From contig OY729427.2 of assembly GCA_963422375.2 (NCBI GenBank), positions 704,001 through 768,000 of the forward strand: a stretch of DNA of 64,000 bases, read 5' to 3'. The position numbers and the translations under genes were made by a program. Positions 43,849-55,421 of the stretch are shown here, in pieces (within the stretch, counting starts at the first letter, position 1; each line of letters begins with the position of its first letter). Source of the DNA: Bryobacterales bacterium (GTDB lineage: Bacteria; Acidobacteriota; Terriglobia; Bryobacterales; UBA6623). The notes under the pieces were generated by a model, which was not told the DNA's origin, made no database searches, and worked only from the letters and a program-made list of their open reading frames with translations.

Positions 43849-45963
43849 GTGGAAATGCGGGATGTTCCGAGGCCATTAGCAGGCAGTCGCCTGCTGCTCG
43901 CGGCGGTGCTAGGCGCGGCTCCCGCACTCTCGACGGACGAGGACTTCAGCTGGGAAGCACCGGACGGCTCGTTTCCAGATCACTCGGGCTGCGCCTACGT
44001 CGGGACTGCGAGCGGCCTCGGGCCGTCGTTCTCGGCCGTCAGGGACTTCGCCGCTTCCAAGAAACGCACGGAGGACACGCTGGCGGCTCTCTCCATCATG
44101 CCGGAGCCCCGCCGGGGCGGGGTCTTCGCCGACAGCCTGCAGCTGCCGTCCGGTGACGGCGGGCCGTGCGGGGGTATCGACGATTGCATCCGGAAGACAG
44201 CTGACCTCGCGGGGGTCCCGCTTACCTACCTCACGACGGACGCCGAATTCCTCCGCCGGGCGCGACTGGACCTGACGGGTCGCATCCCGCGACGCGCCGA
44301 GGTCGAGGCGTTCGTCGCGGACACCTCCGCCGACAAGCGCGAGCGGCTCGTGGAGGACTTGCTGCAGACACCGGAGTGGGCCGACCGCTGGGCCATGTTC
44401 TTCGGCGACCTGTTCCGGAACACCATCGTCACGCCACAGGTCAATCGCTACCAAGCAAGCCGCGATTCGTTCCATCTCTACCTGCTGGAGTCGCTGCAGG
44501 CGAACAAGCCCTACGACCGGATGGCCCGCGAGATGCTGGCAGCGCAAGGAACGAGCGACGGTCGCACCTATCCGAGGCGCTACACGAGCTACCAGCATTT
44601 CCAGTCCACTTACGGCGACTACGCGGGGAACCCTGTCACGGCATCGGCGGTCGCCTACGCCGTCGGCGCCCGCACCATCGGAGGGCCCATCCAAGACACC
44701 TACGACACACTGGCCTTCGTCACGGCCCGCGACTTCCTAGGCATCTCGGCGATGGACTGCGTGCTCTGCCACGACGGCAAGGGCCACTTGGAAGCGCTGA
44801 GCGTGTGGGGCACCGGCGCTAAGCGTCTCGAGGGATGGGGCCTAGCCGCATTCTTCTCGGACATTCCCAGGTACCAAGCATGGCGCGTGCCCAACCGGAC
44901 GCTGCCGAAGGATCCGCGCAGCAACAGAACAGTCAGGGCGAATTACTACCGCGTCCAAGATTTGCGCCAAGGGTGGCTGACCTCGACGGACGCAGGCGAC
45001 ACGGCCGGCATGTACCTTGCCCAGACCGCCGGCGGGAACCGGCCCGACCGACTCCATCAGCAGCGAGAGGTGCTGCCGGAATATCCGTTCGAAGGGAACG
45101 CGGTCGTCAATCCGAGCCTGCGGCTGAGGGAGCAGGTCGGGCTGCATCTGACGGCCGACCCGCAGTTCGCCCGGGCGGCGGTGAATTACATCTGGAGGCA
45201 GTTCTTCTCGCGCGGAATCGTCGAGCCGCCGGACCAGTTCGACCTGGCGCGACTGGATCCCGGGTCCCCGCCCCCCGAGGGGTGGGACCTCCAGCCCTCG
45301 CACCCGCATCTGCTGGAATGGCTGGCCAAAGGCTTCCGGGCCAGCGGATTCGACCTCAAGTGGCTCATGCGCGAGATTGCCACGTCGCAGGCCTACCAGC
45401 TCTCGTCGCGGTACGAGGGCGTGTTCAACCCCCTCTACGACAGGTATTTCGTGCGCCACCAAGTGAAGCGCCTCACGGCGGAGCAAGTCCACGACGCCAT
45501 CGCGGTGGCGAGCGGGCGGCCCGCGTACTACCGGATCTCGCGCAACTTGGACGCCATGCAGTACGCGATGCAGTTTCCGGACGTCGAGAACGTGCCGCCC
45601 GGCAACCGGCTGGCAAGCCGCAACGTGCGCGCGCTGCTGCAGGCCTTCACGCCAGGCGACCGCGACCAGACGCAGCGCAGCGGCGGCGGGAGCCCGCTGC
45701 AGGCGCTGCACCTGATGAACAACCCGTTCGTGGTCTACAGGGTCGATCCGGACACCGCGCCCGCCGGGACGCTGGCCGCTTCTCTGGAGATGCCAGACGA
45801 CGCGCTCGTAGCCAGTCTCTACCTGCACGCCCTCAGCCGCTATCCCACGGAGGAGGAGCTCGCCTACGGGGTGGGGCGCCTCGGACGGGGCGACCGGGCC
45901 GAGCAAGCAAGCGATCTGATGTGGTCGCTGTTCAACAAGACAGACTTCTATTTCAACTACTGA
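43849..45963 (+). CDS. DUF1549/DUF1553 domain protein with CxxCH motif
   Basis: DAEFLRRARLDLTGRIP, CVLCHD, SHPHLLEWLA, FDLKWL, RLTAEQVHD and QALHLMN motifs. Confidence 0.88.
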   Translation: MEMRDVPRPLAGSRLLLAAVLGAAPALSTDEDFSWEAPDGSFPDHSGCAYVGTASGLGPSFSAVRDFAASKKRTEDTLAALSIMPEPRRGGVFADSLQLPSGDGGPCGGIDDCIRKTADLAGVPLTYLTTDAEFLRRARLDLTGRIPRRAEVEAFVADTSADKRERLVEDLLQTPEWADRWAMFFGDLFRNTIVTPQVNRYQASRDSFHLYLLESLQANKPYDRMAREMLAAQGTSDGRTYPRRYTSYQHFQSTYGDYAGNPVTASAVAYAVGARTIGGPIQDTYDTLAFVTARDFLGISAMDCVLCHDGKGHLEALSVWGTGAKRLEGWGLAAFFSDIPRYQAWRVPNRTLPKDPRSNRTVRANYYRVQDLRQGWLTSTDAGDTAGMYLAQTAGGNRPDRLHQQREVLPEYPFEGNAVVNPSLRLREQVGLHLTADPQFARAAVNYIWRQFFSRGIVEPPDQFDLARLDPGSPPPEGWDLQPSHPHLLEWLAKGFRASGFDLKWLMREIATSQAYQLSSRYEGVFNPLYDRYFVRHQVKRLTAEQVHDAIAVASGRPAYYRISRNLDAMQYAMQFPDVENVPPGNRLASRNVRALLQAFTPGDRDQTQRSGGGSPLQALHLMNNPFVVYRVDPDTAPAGTLAASLEMPDDALVASLYLHALSRYPTEEELAYGVGRLGRGDRAEQASDLMWSLFNKTDFYFNY

Positions 45964-45979
45964 GCGAGAGCGAACGTCG

Positions 45980-47398
45980 ATGTCCGAGCGGGAGAGATTC
46001 GAACGGCTCGTCAGGAGGCGCCAGCCGGAGCACCGCTGGTTCTTCGAGCGGCAGCACCGGTCCAGGCGGTGCTTCTTCCGCCACGCCCTGACCGGTCTCG
46101 GTGGCTACTTCCTCGCCGGGCCCATGGCGCAAGGCGAGACCGAGTCCGCAGGGGACGCGACGCCGAAGAGCACGGCCAGCAGCGTGATCTTCCTCTTCCT
46201 GCGCGGCGCGCCGAGCCACGTGGACACGTTCGACTTCAAGAACGTGCCTGGGGTCACGCCCAAGGAGTTCGCGCCGGAAACCTTCGGCGGAGTCACGCTC
46301 CCGACGGCGCTGCTCGGCAACACCGCGCGCGTGCTCGACAGGATCGCGATCGTCCGCTCGGGCCTCGCGTGGGCCCGGGCGCACCCGCTGGCCCAGGCCT
46401 GGCTCCAGATCGGGCGCAACCCGACCTCGCCGGTGGGGCGGATCGCCCCGCACATCGGAAGCGTGGTCGCCATCGAGAAGGAGCCAGACAGGCGTCCCGA
46501 CCAGGCCTTCCCCCCATTCATCTCGCTGCTCGCACGCAACATTTCCGGGGCGGGCTACTTCCCGACGGAATTCGGCCCGTTCAGGACGAATCCCGCGGCG
46601 GAGGGCCTAGCAAGCGCCATTCACAAGCCGGGCCCGGAGAGGTTCGAGAACCGCTGGCAGATGCTGCAGGAGATCGACACCGAGCTGCGGGGCCCGGACT
46701 CGCCGCTCGGAGCACAGGCGACCGGGATGGGCACTCTCTACGAGGGGGCGCGGCGGCTGATGTTCAACCCCGCCATCGACGCGGCCTTCCGATTCACGCC
46801 CGAGGAGAGCCAGCGGTACGGCGGCACGGGATTCGGCAACGCGGTGCTGACCGCGCGAAAGATCGTGGAGCAGGACCAAGGCACGCGGTTCATCCAGGTC
46901 GAGTCGCAAGGATGGGACCATCACGGCCAGATCTACCAGAGGGCCACCAATCGCAACATTTTCAAGCAGACAAGGGAGTTCGACCCCGCGTTCGCCGCCC
47001 TGATCGAGGACCTGGACGCGTCCGGCAAGCTCTCCGAGACGCTCGTCGTCGTGTGCGGGGAGTTCGGCCGCACGCCCGGCCGGCTGTCCCAGTCGCGCAA
47101 CGGGCGCGACCACTACCTGCAGATGTTCTACGTGCTCGCCGGCGGAGGCGTGCAAGGAGGCAGGGTCATCGGCGCGACGAACGACAAGGGCGGTCGCGGC
47201 CCCGGCGCGTACACTACGGAGCCCGGCTGGTATCGCGACCGTGACATCCGCCCGGAAGACATCGAGGCCACGATCTATTCGGCTATGGGCATCGACTGGA
47301 CCAAGGTGCGGTACGACGACCCGTTCGGCCGCGGCTTCTACTACATTCCGGTTGCGGACGAGGACGCCTACGCCCCGGTGGACGAGCTGTTCGCCTGA
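45980..47398 (+). CDS. DUF1501 domain protein
   Basis: FLRGAPSHVDTFD, GWDHH, GEFGRTP, GRDHY and GGRVIGAT motifs. Confidence 0.9.
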   Translation: MSERERFERLVRRRQPEHRWFFERQHRSRRCFFRHALTGLGGYFLAGPMAQGETESAGDATPKSTASSVIFLFLRGAPSHVDTFDFKNVPGVTPKEFAPETFGGVTLPTALLGNTARVLDRIAIVRSGLAWARAHPLAQAWLQIGRNPTSPVGRIAPHIGSVVAIEKEPDRRPDQAFPPFISLLARNISGAGYFPTEFGPFRTNPAAEGLASAIHKPGPERFENRWQMLQEIDTELRGPDSPLGAQATGMGTLYEGARRLMFNPAIDAAFRFTPEESQRYGGTGFGNAVLTARKIVEQDQGTRFIQVESQGWDHHGQIYQRATNRNIFKQTREFDPAFAALIEDLDASGKLSETLVVVCGEFGRTPGRLSQSRNGRDHYLQMFYVLAGGGVQGGRVIGATNDKGGRGPGAYTTEPGWYRDRDIRPEDIEATIYSAMGIDWTKVRYDDPFGRGFYYIPVADEDAYAPVDELFA

Positions 47399-47662
47399 AG
47401 CCCGGCACCGCAAGCCCGCGGACACGGCCCCGTCGGCGGGTCCCTCGGGCAGGAAGTCCATGGCGGCGCCGGACCGCCAAGGCGCAGACGAGACCTAGGT
47501 GCCGGCAACCCGACTTGGGAACGGCGGCGTTAAGGTCCGAACGGGCGGTCGGGGCATGCATTCGTGCGACCTGCCGGTGCGGACGAGCTGCCCGCCAAGC
47601 AGCCGAATCCCGGGGAGGGTGGCCGGACGCCTTTGGCGCTCGGCTCGCAAACCCCGTCCGCG

Positions 47663-48664
47663 TCAGCTCACCCGCGCCGCCACCCAATGCACGGCGGCGT
47701 CCTCGAGAGCCCGCTTGTGCTTCGAATCGGGCAGCGCTTCCAAGCCTTCCAACGCCGACTCGCAAAAGCGCTCGGCGCGACGGCGCACCTCCCCGATGGT
47801 CCCGTAACGGTCCAAGATCTCAAGCACGCGACGGAGCGGCACGGTCTGGTAGCCCCTGTCACGGACTACCGTCTCGACCTCCCGCCGCTCGGCCCGGGTG
47901 CAGGAGCGCAGCGCAAGGATCATTGGCAGCGTCACCTTGCCCTCCCTGAGGTCGTTGCCCACCGGCTTGCCGAGCACGGCCTCGCTGGCCTCGAAATCCA
48001 GCACGTCGTCGACCAGCTGGAAGGCCATCCCCAAGTTCCAGCCGTACGCGCGCAGGCGCTCCTCGGACTGCTCGCCCTTGCGGGCGAGCAGCGCGCCCAG
48101 GCGCGTGCAAGCCGACAGCAGGCAGGCCGTCTTGCGGTGAATCAGGTCGTGGTTCTGGCGCTCGGTGATGTCGAGGCGCCCGATCAGGTCGGCCTGCATC
48201 AGCTCGCCCTCGACCATCATCTTGGTCATGTCGATCAGGATGTCGAGGATCGCGAAGTCCCGTTCGCGCAGGGCGATGTTGAACGCCTGCATATAGAGCC
48301 AGTCGCCAGCCAGGACGCTGACCTGGTTGCCCCAAGTGGAGCTCGTCGAAGGGCGGCCGCGGCGCACCTGGGCCCCGTCGATGACGTCGTCATGCACCAG
48401 CGTCGCGGCGTGGATGATCTCCATCACCGCCGCCAGGCGGATCGGGGCGTCCCCGGCCGCTCCGCAGGCACGCGAGGAAAGCAGCACGAGCGCAGGACGC
48501 AGGCGCTTGCCGCCGCTCGAGTTCAGGTGCCGGCTGATGGACGTCACCACGTCCTCGCAGCACACCGTGTCCAGCGCGATCACCTGCTCGACCCGGCGCA
48601 GGTCGGCGGCTACCAAGGAGTGCAATTCCGCCTTGGACAGCGGAGCGGGCCTTGCCGTCAACAT
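47663..48664 (-). CDS. polyprenyl diphosphate synthase (IspB/HepT-like)
   Basis: GGKRLRP, LVHDDVID, RRG, KTA, AFQLVDD and DLREGK motifs. Confidence 0.93.
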   Translation of the reverse strand: MLTARPAPLSKAELHSLVAADLRRVEQVIALDTVCCEDVVTSISRHLNSSGGKRLRPALVLLSSRACGAAGDAPIRLAAVMEIIHAATLVHDDVIDGAQVRRGRPSTSSTWGNQVSVLAGDWLYMQAFNIALRERDFAILDILIDMTKMMVEGELMQADLIGRLDITERQNHDLIHRKTACLLSACTRLGALLARKGEQSEERLRAYGWNLGMAFQLVDDVLDFEASEAVLGKPVGNDLREGKVTLPMILALRSCTRAERREVETVVRDRGYQTVPLRRVLEILDRYGTIGEVRRRAERFCESALEGLEALPDSKHKRALEDAAVHWVAARVS

Positions 48665-48727
48665 GGGGGAGCACTGCCGGTTCATCCAGTCTATCGACTC
48701 CGGACCTGCCGCACCGACCGACGCTCG

Positions 48728-50002
48728 CTACGCGGCCGCATCGACGGCCAACGGGCTGGCGATCTGGCCGCGCGAGTCGAACTCGACGCGAGCCGCCGGC
48801 CCGACGGCTGCGACCCGCGGATCGGAGACGGCCTCGTCCAGCAAGCTCTCGCTGACTCGCATGCGCCCGAGTTCCATCGTATTGCGGATCCAGACGACGG
48901 TGCATTCGGCGAGGCTGGCCCGGCCGCAGGTCGCCAGAATCCTCTCGAGGCACTCGCGATCAGTCGGGAAGTGCGGCGGGCACATACAGCCGATCGTGCT
49001 CGACGCGGTGAACGAGTTGATCCAGGTCTTGTCGAAGTCCACCGCGTCGTACAGGCGGTCGTGGATCACGTCGCACAGACCGATCCCGACCGCATTCCCG
49101 CCCCCGTGCGGAGTGAGGCTGCGCGCGTAGATCCGCTCGATCCGGGGCAGGCCCGGCCAGCAGCTGCGCCCCATCCAAGACCGGTTGATGACCTTGGTAT
49201 CCATACCCGAGCCCGAGATGTTCTTGCCGATCTCGTCGACCACGAGCAGGTCGAAGGCGGCGACCGGCAGGTTCGCCTTCCAGCCCTTCACGCGCTCGAG
49301 CAGCGCCTCCTCGCGGCCCGCCATGCCCGCCGCCCCGATCGCGTGAACCTCCGCGGTGCGGTGGTTCGCGTCCTCGAGGATGGCCAGCCCGCCCAGCATC
49401 CGCCCGCTGTCGAGCATCACGCGCCCCACTTCCCGGATCACCCGCTCCAGGCCCAGCCGCACGGCCCACATGTGATAGCGCCTGGCTCCCTCCCACTTGC
49501 CGAGCCCGATGGCCATCATCTTGTGAACGCCGCTCTCGAGGCGCCCCTCGAAGCCCGTGTGCCACTTGACGCGGCTGCACAGCATGACCCCGTCCGCCTC
49601 CCAAGCCGCCCTGTCCATCGAAACCGCGATGCCCTGCGGCGTCTCGCCGATCCGGGCCGCTTCGAGCGAGCTGACCACGGGCGCGCCCATCAGCGCCTCG
49701 GTGATGCCGTAGTGCGCCAGCACCTCGCGCTGGCCCTGGGCGGTGCCCCCGCCGTGGCTACCCATGACCGGAATGATGAACGGCTCGACGCCGCGCTCGC
49801 GCCAAGCATCGACAACGCCGCGAACGATCCGGCCGATATTGGCGATGCCGCGGCTGCCGACGCCGACCGCGACGCGGCTCCCAGCCGGGACCCTCGCCAC
49901 CCAGTCCGCCGAAGCCATCTCCTCGCGGACCGCCCGGTACACGTCCGGGAGGGAGCGGTCGGGAAAGTCCTGGCGGATCTCGACCATGCGGGGAAGTGCC
50001 AT
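48728..50002 (-). CDS. lactate racemase-like (LarA N-terminal/DUF362-like) domain protein
   Basis: VGSRGIAN, MGSHGGGTA, RVKWHT and GKNISGSGMDT motifs. Confidence 0.8.
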   Translation of the reverse strand: MALPRMVEIRQDFPDRSLPDVYRAVREEMASADWVARVPAGSRVAVGVGSRGIANIGRIVRGVVDAWRERGVEPFIIPVMGSHGGGTAQGQREVLAHYGITEALMGAPVVSSLEAARIGETPQGIAVSMDRAAWEADGVMLCSRVKWHTGFEGRLESGVHKMMAIGLGKWEGARRYHMWAVRLGLERVIREVGRVMLDSGRMLGGLAILEDANHRTAEVHAIGAAGMAGREEALLERVKGWKANLPVAAFDLLVVDEIGKNISGSGMDTKVINRSWMGRSCWPGLPRIERIYARSLTPHGGGNAVGIGLCDVIHDRLYDAVDFDKTWINSFTASSTIGCMCPPHFPTDRECLERILATCGRASLAECTVVWIRNTMELGRMRVSESLLDEAVSDPRVAAVGPAARVEFDSRGQIASPLAVDAAA

Positions 50003-50035
50003 GCCGCAGAATTATAGCGACGCCGTCCGGCGATA

Positions 50036-51124
50036 ATGCAGGCGGTGCTCAGCCGCCCGGGACTCGACGACCTGACGAGGAGGCGCGCGATCGGCTTGGC
50101 GGCCGTTCTCGCGGGAGCGAGCGCGGGGGGCTCGGGAGTGAGGCAATTGAACGAAACCATCACGGCCGTGCCCGGCATCCGGGTGGGCCACTGGACCCAC
50201 GGATCCGGCTCCACCGGATGCACCGCCGTTCTCATCGGCGGCGGTGCCGTCGCGGGGGTCGACGTCCGCGGAGGCGCCCCGGGGACACGCGAGACGGACC
50301 TGCTGCGGCCGGAAGCCAGCGTCGATGTCGTCCATGCGGTCATGCTGTCGGGAGGCAGCGCGTACGGCCTGTCCGCCGCCGGCGGCGCGATGCGCTTCCT
50401 CGAGCGCCTGGGCATCGGTTTCCGGGCGGGCAAGTCGGTCGTGCCGATCGTCCCGGCTGCGATTCTGTTCGACTTAGGGGTTGGCGACCCGGCAGTGCGG
50501 CCGGACGAAGGTGCGGGCTTCCTCGCGGCCGAGGCCGCGTCGGACGCTCCCGTGGCGATGGGCACAGTGGGCGCTGGTGCCGGAGCGACCGTCGGCAAGC
50601 TCTTCGGACCGGAGCGCGCGACGAGAGGCGGCCTGGGATCGGCGGCCGTGGCGGCGCCCGACGGTATCGTGATCGGCGCGCTGGCGGCGGTCAACGCCCT
50701 CGGCGACGTGGTCGACCCGGAAACCCGGAGAATCGTGGCGGGAGCGCGCAACGAGGCAGGCGACGGCTTCGCCGACACGATGGCGGCACTCCGCGCGGGA
50801 ATGCCGGGCGGCGCACGGGGAGCGGCCGAGAACACCACCCTGGGCGTCGTCGCGGCGAACGTCAGCTGGACCAAGGCGGGAGCCGCGAAAGTCGCCCAAA
50901 TGGCCCACGACGGCCTAGCAATGGCGATCCGCCCGGCGCACATGCCGTTCGACGGGGACACCGTATTCGCCCTCGGCACGGGAGGGCGGAGCGCCGACAG
51001 CCGCCTCCTGGGGACCGTGGGCGCGCTAGCTGCCGAGGCACTCGCGCGCGCGGTGGTCGCGGGCGTTCGAGCGGCCGCGCGCGGCTTCGGAATCCCCGCA
51101 GCCTCAGACCTCGCCTCGCGCTAG
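50036..51124 (+). CDS. P1/S58 (DmpA-like) family peptidase; start uncertain
   Basis: [30 protein letters not shown] and DGD motifs. Confidence 0.88.
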   Translation: MQAVLSRPGLDDLTRRRAIGLAAVLAGASAGGSGVRQLNETITAVPGIRVGHWTHGSGSTGCTAVLIGGGAVAGVDVRGGAPGTRETDLLRPEASVDVVHAVMLSGGSAYGLSAAGGAMRFLERLGIGFRAGKSVVPIVPAAILFDLGVGDPAVRPDEGAGFLAAEAASDAPVAMGTVGAGAGATVGKLFGPERATRGGLGSAAVAAPDGIVIGALAAVNALGDVVDPETRRIVAGARNEAGDGFADTMAALRAGMPGGARGAAENTTLGVVAANVSWTKAGAAKVAQMAHDGLAMAIRPAHMPFDGDTVFALGTGGRSADSRLLGTVGALAAEALARAVVAGVRAAARGFGIPAASDLASR

Positions 51125-51179
51125 GATCCCGGCCGACGGGGCGGATCCGCCGGGCTGCTCTGCTACAATCCTGCCAAGC

Positions 51180-52538
51180 ATGTCCATGCGAGACCTCATG
51201 CCTGTCAGCCGTCGCAATTTTATCCAAGGCGCCGCGGCGGTAGCCGCCGCGATGCCCGCGCAGGGGCAGGACGCGGCGTCCAGGCGCCGCGTGCCGGGCG
51301 CGAACGACCGCATCAACGTAGCCCAGATCGGCGTCGGCGGTCGCGGCGGCAGCCTGCAGCGGCTGATGCTGTCCATGATCGAAGGCGGCCAGAACTTCAA
51401 GATCACCGCCGTTTGCGACGTCTACGAGAAGCGCAAGCGACTGGCTCAGGAGAATAGCAAGGCAGAATTCGCGACGCTGGACTACCGCGAGGTCCTGGCG
51501 AGACCGGACGTGGACGCGGTAGTCATAGCCACACCTGATCACTGGCACGGCACCATGGCGATCGCGGCGATCGCGGCCGGCAAAGACGTGTACCTCGAGA
51601 AGCCAATGACCCACACGATCGAGGAAGCCAAGGCCGTGGCACGGAGCGTCCGCGAGTCGGGGGCCGTCCTGCAGGTTGGGTCCCAGACGACGTCCGCCGA
51701 CCAGTGGTGGAAGGCGCGCAAGGCCATCGAGGACGGCATGATCGGCACGCTGATCTCGAGCCAGGGGTCGTATCACCGCAACTCGCGACGCGGCGAGTGG
51801 AACTGGACGCCCGAGCGCGGGCGCGGCTGGGTGATCGAGCCGGACGCCGGGCCGCATGGCCAAGGCGTGAACTACGTGGATTGGAACATGTGGCTCGGGC
51901 CCGCGCAGAAGCGGGAGTGGGACCCGCACCGGTTCTTCCGCTTCCGCAAGTACTGGGACTACTCGGGCGGCATCGCCACGGATCTCTTCTACCACGTGGT
52001 CTCGCCCCTGAACATCTGCTGGGGCCAGCCGCAGTTCCCGTACCGTGTCACGGCCACCGGCGGCAGGTACGTGTTCAACGCGCCCGGCGACCGCGAAGTG
52101 CCGGACACCTTCAACCTGCTGGCCGACTTCGCGAAGGGCCATTCCCTCGTGCTGAGCTCGACGATGGCAAACTCCCGTCACATCCCCGGGCTGATTCGCG
52201 GGCACGAGGGGACGATCGTGATGGTGGAGCACGGGCGCTTCGAGGGGCGCACGGACTACATCACCGTGGAGTCCGAGGGCATCTACCGGCCCGACTTCGT
52301 CAGGAAGTACGGGACCGAGAACGTGCAGATCAAGGTGGAGGACCAAGGTCGGGACGCCCACATGAAGAACTTCCTCGAATGCATGCGCACGCGGGCGAAG
52401 CCGAATCTCGACGCGGACACCGCCTACCGGGCCCAAGTCACGATCTCGATGGGCGTGATGGCGCTGCGCCGGGGCAAGGTGCTGTACTTCGATCCCGATC
52501 TCGAGGAAGTCACCGAGAGCGCGCCGCACCTCGGCTGA
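51180..52538 (+). CDS. Tat-exported Gfo/Idh/MocA oxidoreductase
   Basis: SRRNFI Tat motif, IGVGGRG, TPDHWH and YLEKP motifs; TGCTACAAT extended -10 at 51161-51169. Confidence 0.92.
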   Translation: MSMRDLMPVSRRNFIQGAAAVAAAMPAQGQDAASRRRVPGANDRINVAQIGVGGRGGSLQRLMLSMIEGGQNFKITAVCDVYEKRKRLAQENSKAEFATLDYREVLARPDVDAVVIATPDHWHGTMAIAAIAAGKDVYLEKPMTHTIEEAKAVARSVRESGAVLQVGSQTTSADQWWKARKAIEDGMIGTLISSQGSYHRNSRRGEWNWTPERGRGWVIEPDAGPHGQGVNYVDWNMWLGPAQKREWDPHRFFRFRKYWDYSGGIATDLFYHVVSPLNICWGQPQFPYRVTATGGRYVFNAPGDREVPDTFNLLADFAKGHSLVLSSTMANSRHIPGLIRGHEGTIVMVEHGRFEGRTDYITVESEGIYRPDFVRKYGTENVQIKVEDQGRDAHMKNFLECMRTRAKPNLDADTAYRAQVTISMGVMALRRGKVLYFDPDLEEVTESAPHLG

Positions 52539-52540
52539 GC

Positions 52541-54130
52541 ATGAGGCGGGAAGGCGGGCGGAGCCGGCCGCTCGGCGCCCTTGCGGCGCTAGCCGTCGGA
52601 GTCGCCTGCGGGGGGCCGCCAACCGGAGAGCGCCCCCCGAGCATCCTGCTGATCCTGGCGGACGACCTCGGCTACGGGGACATCGGCGCTTACAACGACG
52701 AAGCGAGGGTCTCGACCGAGCACATCGACCGGCTGGCCGGCGCAGGCCTGCGGTTCACCGACGCCCACAGCCCGTCCACCGTCTGCACGCCGACCCGCTA
52801 CGGCATCCTCACCGGGCGGATGCCGTTCCGCACGGGCATGGCGGGGGTCTTCACGGGCGTGCAGGGCCCCTGCCTGATCGAGGAAGGACGGCTGACGCTG
52901 CCCCAGATGCTGCGCGAAGCGGGCTACGCCACGGCGCTGGTCGGGAAATGGCACCTCGGAATGACATTCCTCGACGCCGACGGCCGACCGGTCCACGAAG
53001 CCCGCCTGCCCTCCGAGACGCGGGAGCAGCGCATTGCTTCGGGCGTCGAGCGCGTGAAGCGGGTGGACTTCCGCAGGGAGATTCCCGACGGCCCGCTGGA
53101 CCGCGGTTTCGACACGTTCTACGGGACGGTGGCGTGCCCGACGACGGACTGGCTGTACGCCTGGATCGACGGCCGGAGCGTCCCGGTGCCTCCGACAGCC
53201 CTGCTGGATCGGAGCCCGCTGCCGAAGCATCCGTACGCCAACGACAACAGGCGGGGGATGATCGCGCCGGACTACGATCTGGAGCGGGTCGACCTGGTGT
53301 TCTTGGAGAGGAGCGTCGAGTTCCTCGAGCGGCATGCGGCGGAGTCCCCGGATCGGCCGTTTTTCCTGCTCCACTCGATGCAGGCGGTGCATCTGCCGTC
53401 ATTCGCGGCGCCGGAGTTCCAAGGCAGGAGCGGAGCGGGCCCCCACGGGGACTTCCTGCTCGAGACCGACTACATCGTGGGCGAACTGATGAGCGCTCTC
53501 GAACGGCTGGGTCTCGCCGAGGAGACGCTCGTGCTGTTCACCAGCGACAACGGGCCCGAAGTGACTACGACCTACCACATGCGAACTGACCACGGGCACG
53601 ACGGAGCGCGCCCGTGGAGAGGCGTCAAGCGGGACCAGTGGGAAGGCGGACACCGCGTGCCCGCGATCGCCCGCTGGCCGGGCCGCATACGGCCCGCCAC
53701 GGTCACGGACCAAACCTTCTGCCTCACGGATGTCATGGCGACGGCCGCGGCGCTCGCCGGCGCGGCGCTGCCGCACGACGCGGCGGAGGACAGCTTCGAC
53801 TTCTCGGCCCTGTTCAGGGGAGAGGCTCCGACCTCCCCCGTCCGGCCGTTCACCCTGCACCAGACCATTCGCTTGGAACTCTCGATCCGCCGCGGAGCGT
53901 GGAAGTACCTGGACCACGCCGGATCCGGCGGGAACGATTACACCCGGTCGGAACTAGTCGGCTACGCGCTGGACGACGGCGCGCCCGGCGCTCCCGCCCA
54001 GCTCTACAATCTCGCTGACGACCCGGGCGAGACGAAAAACCTCTACTTCGACGAGCCTGGACTTGCGGCGGACCTAAAGACGAGGCTGGACGAGCTGGTC
54101 CGAGCCGGCCGCAGCGCCCCGGCCCACTAG
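52541..54130 (+). CDS. arylsulfatase (possible lipoprotein)
   Basis: ADDLGYGD, CTPTR formylglycine motif, GKWHLG, SDNGP and EGGHRVP motifs. Confidence 0.93.
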   Translation: MRREGGRSRPLGALAALAVGVACGGPPTGERPPSILLILADDLGYGDIGAYNDEARVSTEHIDRLAGAGLRFTDAHSPSTVCTPTRYGILTGRMPFRTGMAGVFTGVQGPCLIEEGRLTLPQMLREAGYATALVGKWHLGMTFLDADGRPVHEARLPSETREQRIASGVERVKRVDFRREIPDGPLDRGFDTFYGTVACPTTDWLYAWIDGRSVPVPPTALLDRSPLPKHPYANDNRRGMIAPDYDLERVDLVFLERSVEFLERHAAESPDRPFFLLHSMQAVHLPSFAAPEFQGRSGAGPHGDFLLETDYIVGELMSALERLGLAEETLVLFTSDNGPEVTTTYHMRTDHGHDGARPWRGVKRDQWEGGHRVPAIARWPGRIRPATVTDQTFCLTDVMATAAALAGAALPHDAAEDSFDFSALFRGEAPTSPVRPFTLHQTIRLELSIRRGAWKYLDHAGSGGNDYTRSELVGYALDDGAPGAPAQLYNLADDPGETKNLYFDEPGLAADLKTRLDELVRAGRSAPAH

Positions 54131-54243
54131 AATGCCCGATCCTGTCGGGCCAAGGGCAGGCCGTGATGCTGTGCTCCTGCCCTCGCCCGAGGCTTCGCGT
54201 CCGCTTCCGGCCGACGCCGCTTGATGTCCGCCCGGCTCGGAAT

Positions 54244-55421
54244 GCGACCCGACCTGCGAGCCGACGCACGGGGGCCGGCAGCTGGCGCCGTTCAACGGCT
54301 TCTACGACACTCATTGCTACTTGCCGCTGGCGGGCGTGGTGCGCTGCGACGACGAGCGCGAGCGGCATCTCGTGGCGGCGCTGCTGCGCTCGGGCACGGC
54401 CGCCGCCGCGGAGGGCTGGCTGCCGCTGCTGGACCGCTTGCTGCCGCTGCTGCGGGAATTCTTCCCGCGGGCGACGCTGCGCCTGCGCCTGGACGCGGGC
54501 TTCCAAGGGGACGAGCTGCCGGCCTATGGCGAGCGCGAGGGCCTGGAGTACCGCGAGGGCCTGGAGTGCGTGGTGTGCCTGCAGAAGAACGCGGTGCCGG
54601 AGCGGCGCGCGGCCCCGTTGCGGGCGGCCGTCCCGCCTGGAGCAGTTGCGGGCGAAGTACGCGCCGCTGGGAGCCGGCACGCAGGGGGGCCGGCCGGGCC
54701 CGCTGCACGGGCAGTTCGTCTACCGGGCGGGCCGCCGGTCGCGGGCGCGGCGGGTGATCGTCAAGGCGGACGTGAGCGAGTTTCCCGGGCGCGCCCCGCA
54801 GTGGAACCCGCGCTACGCGGCGACCAACGCGGGCGGCAGCCCGCAGCGCCTCTGCGAGCGGATCCACTGCCTGCGCGGGGACGCGGAGAACCGCGTCAAG
54901 GAGCTCGAGCACGGGATGCGGATGGACCGCGCCAGCCGCTCGAGCTTCGCGGCGAACCGGTTCCGCGTGCCGCTCGCGGCGGCGGCCTACGTGATCATGC
55001 AGGAACTGCGCTGGCAGGCGCGGGACACGCCGCTGCGGAAGCGCCGGGTGGACGGGTTGCGCCTCGGCCTGCCGAAGCCGGGGGCGCGGGTCGCGGCCAC
55101 GGCGCAGCGGATCGTGCTGCGAGTGCCGCGGACGGCACCGTTCCGGGACGCCCGGGCGGTGGTGGCGCGGGGCTTGGGGGCCGTGCCGATATGACGCCGG
55201 GCCGGGTCCATCCGGAGAGTGTCGGCAGGCGCCGGGGGAAACCGTGCCTGCCCTCCGGGCGGGTGCCGCCGAGGAGGTGTCCGCGGCCCGCACGCCGCTC
55301 GCGAGACGCCCCGCAAGCCCCGCATTCCCCGCCCGCAGGCGTTTCGGAAGCAGATTGGGCGGCCATCGAGAGCCCGGAAACTGGATCCATGAGCCTGCGC
55401 CGCATTCGTGAATAATGCGGG
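54244..55421 (+). mobile_element. 5'-truncated, frameshifted IS1380-family element
   Basis: DPTCEPTHG, FNGFYDTHCYLPL, RLDAGF, RGDAENRVKE and FAANRFR motifs; right IR-like ATTCGTGAATAATGCGGG followed by CTAG; no left IR seen. Confidence 0.85.

Noticed and set aside
47564..50017. Long antisense/alternative-frame ORFs (also 39858..41618, 29207..30982, 16493..18412, 54292..56631)
   Set aside because: Shadow ORFs of well-supported genes, expected at high GC.
54127..54243. Left end of IS1380 with CTAG target duplication
   Set aside because: CTAG at 54127 includes the sulfatase stop, and no inverted copy of the right IR follows it.
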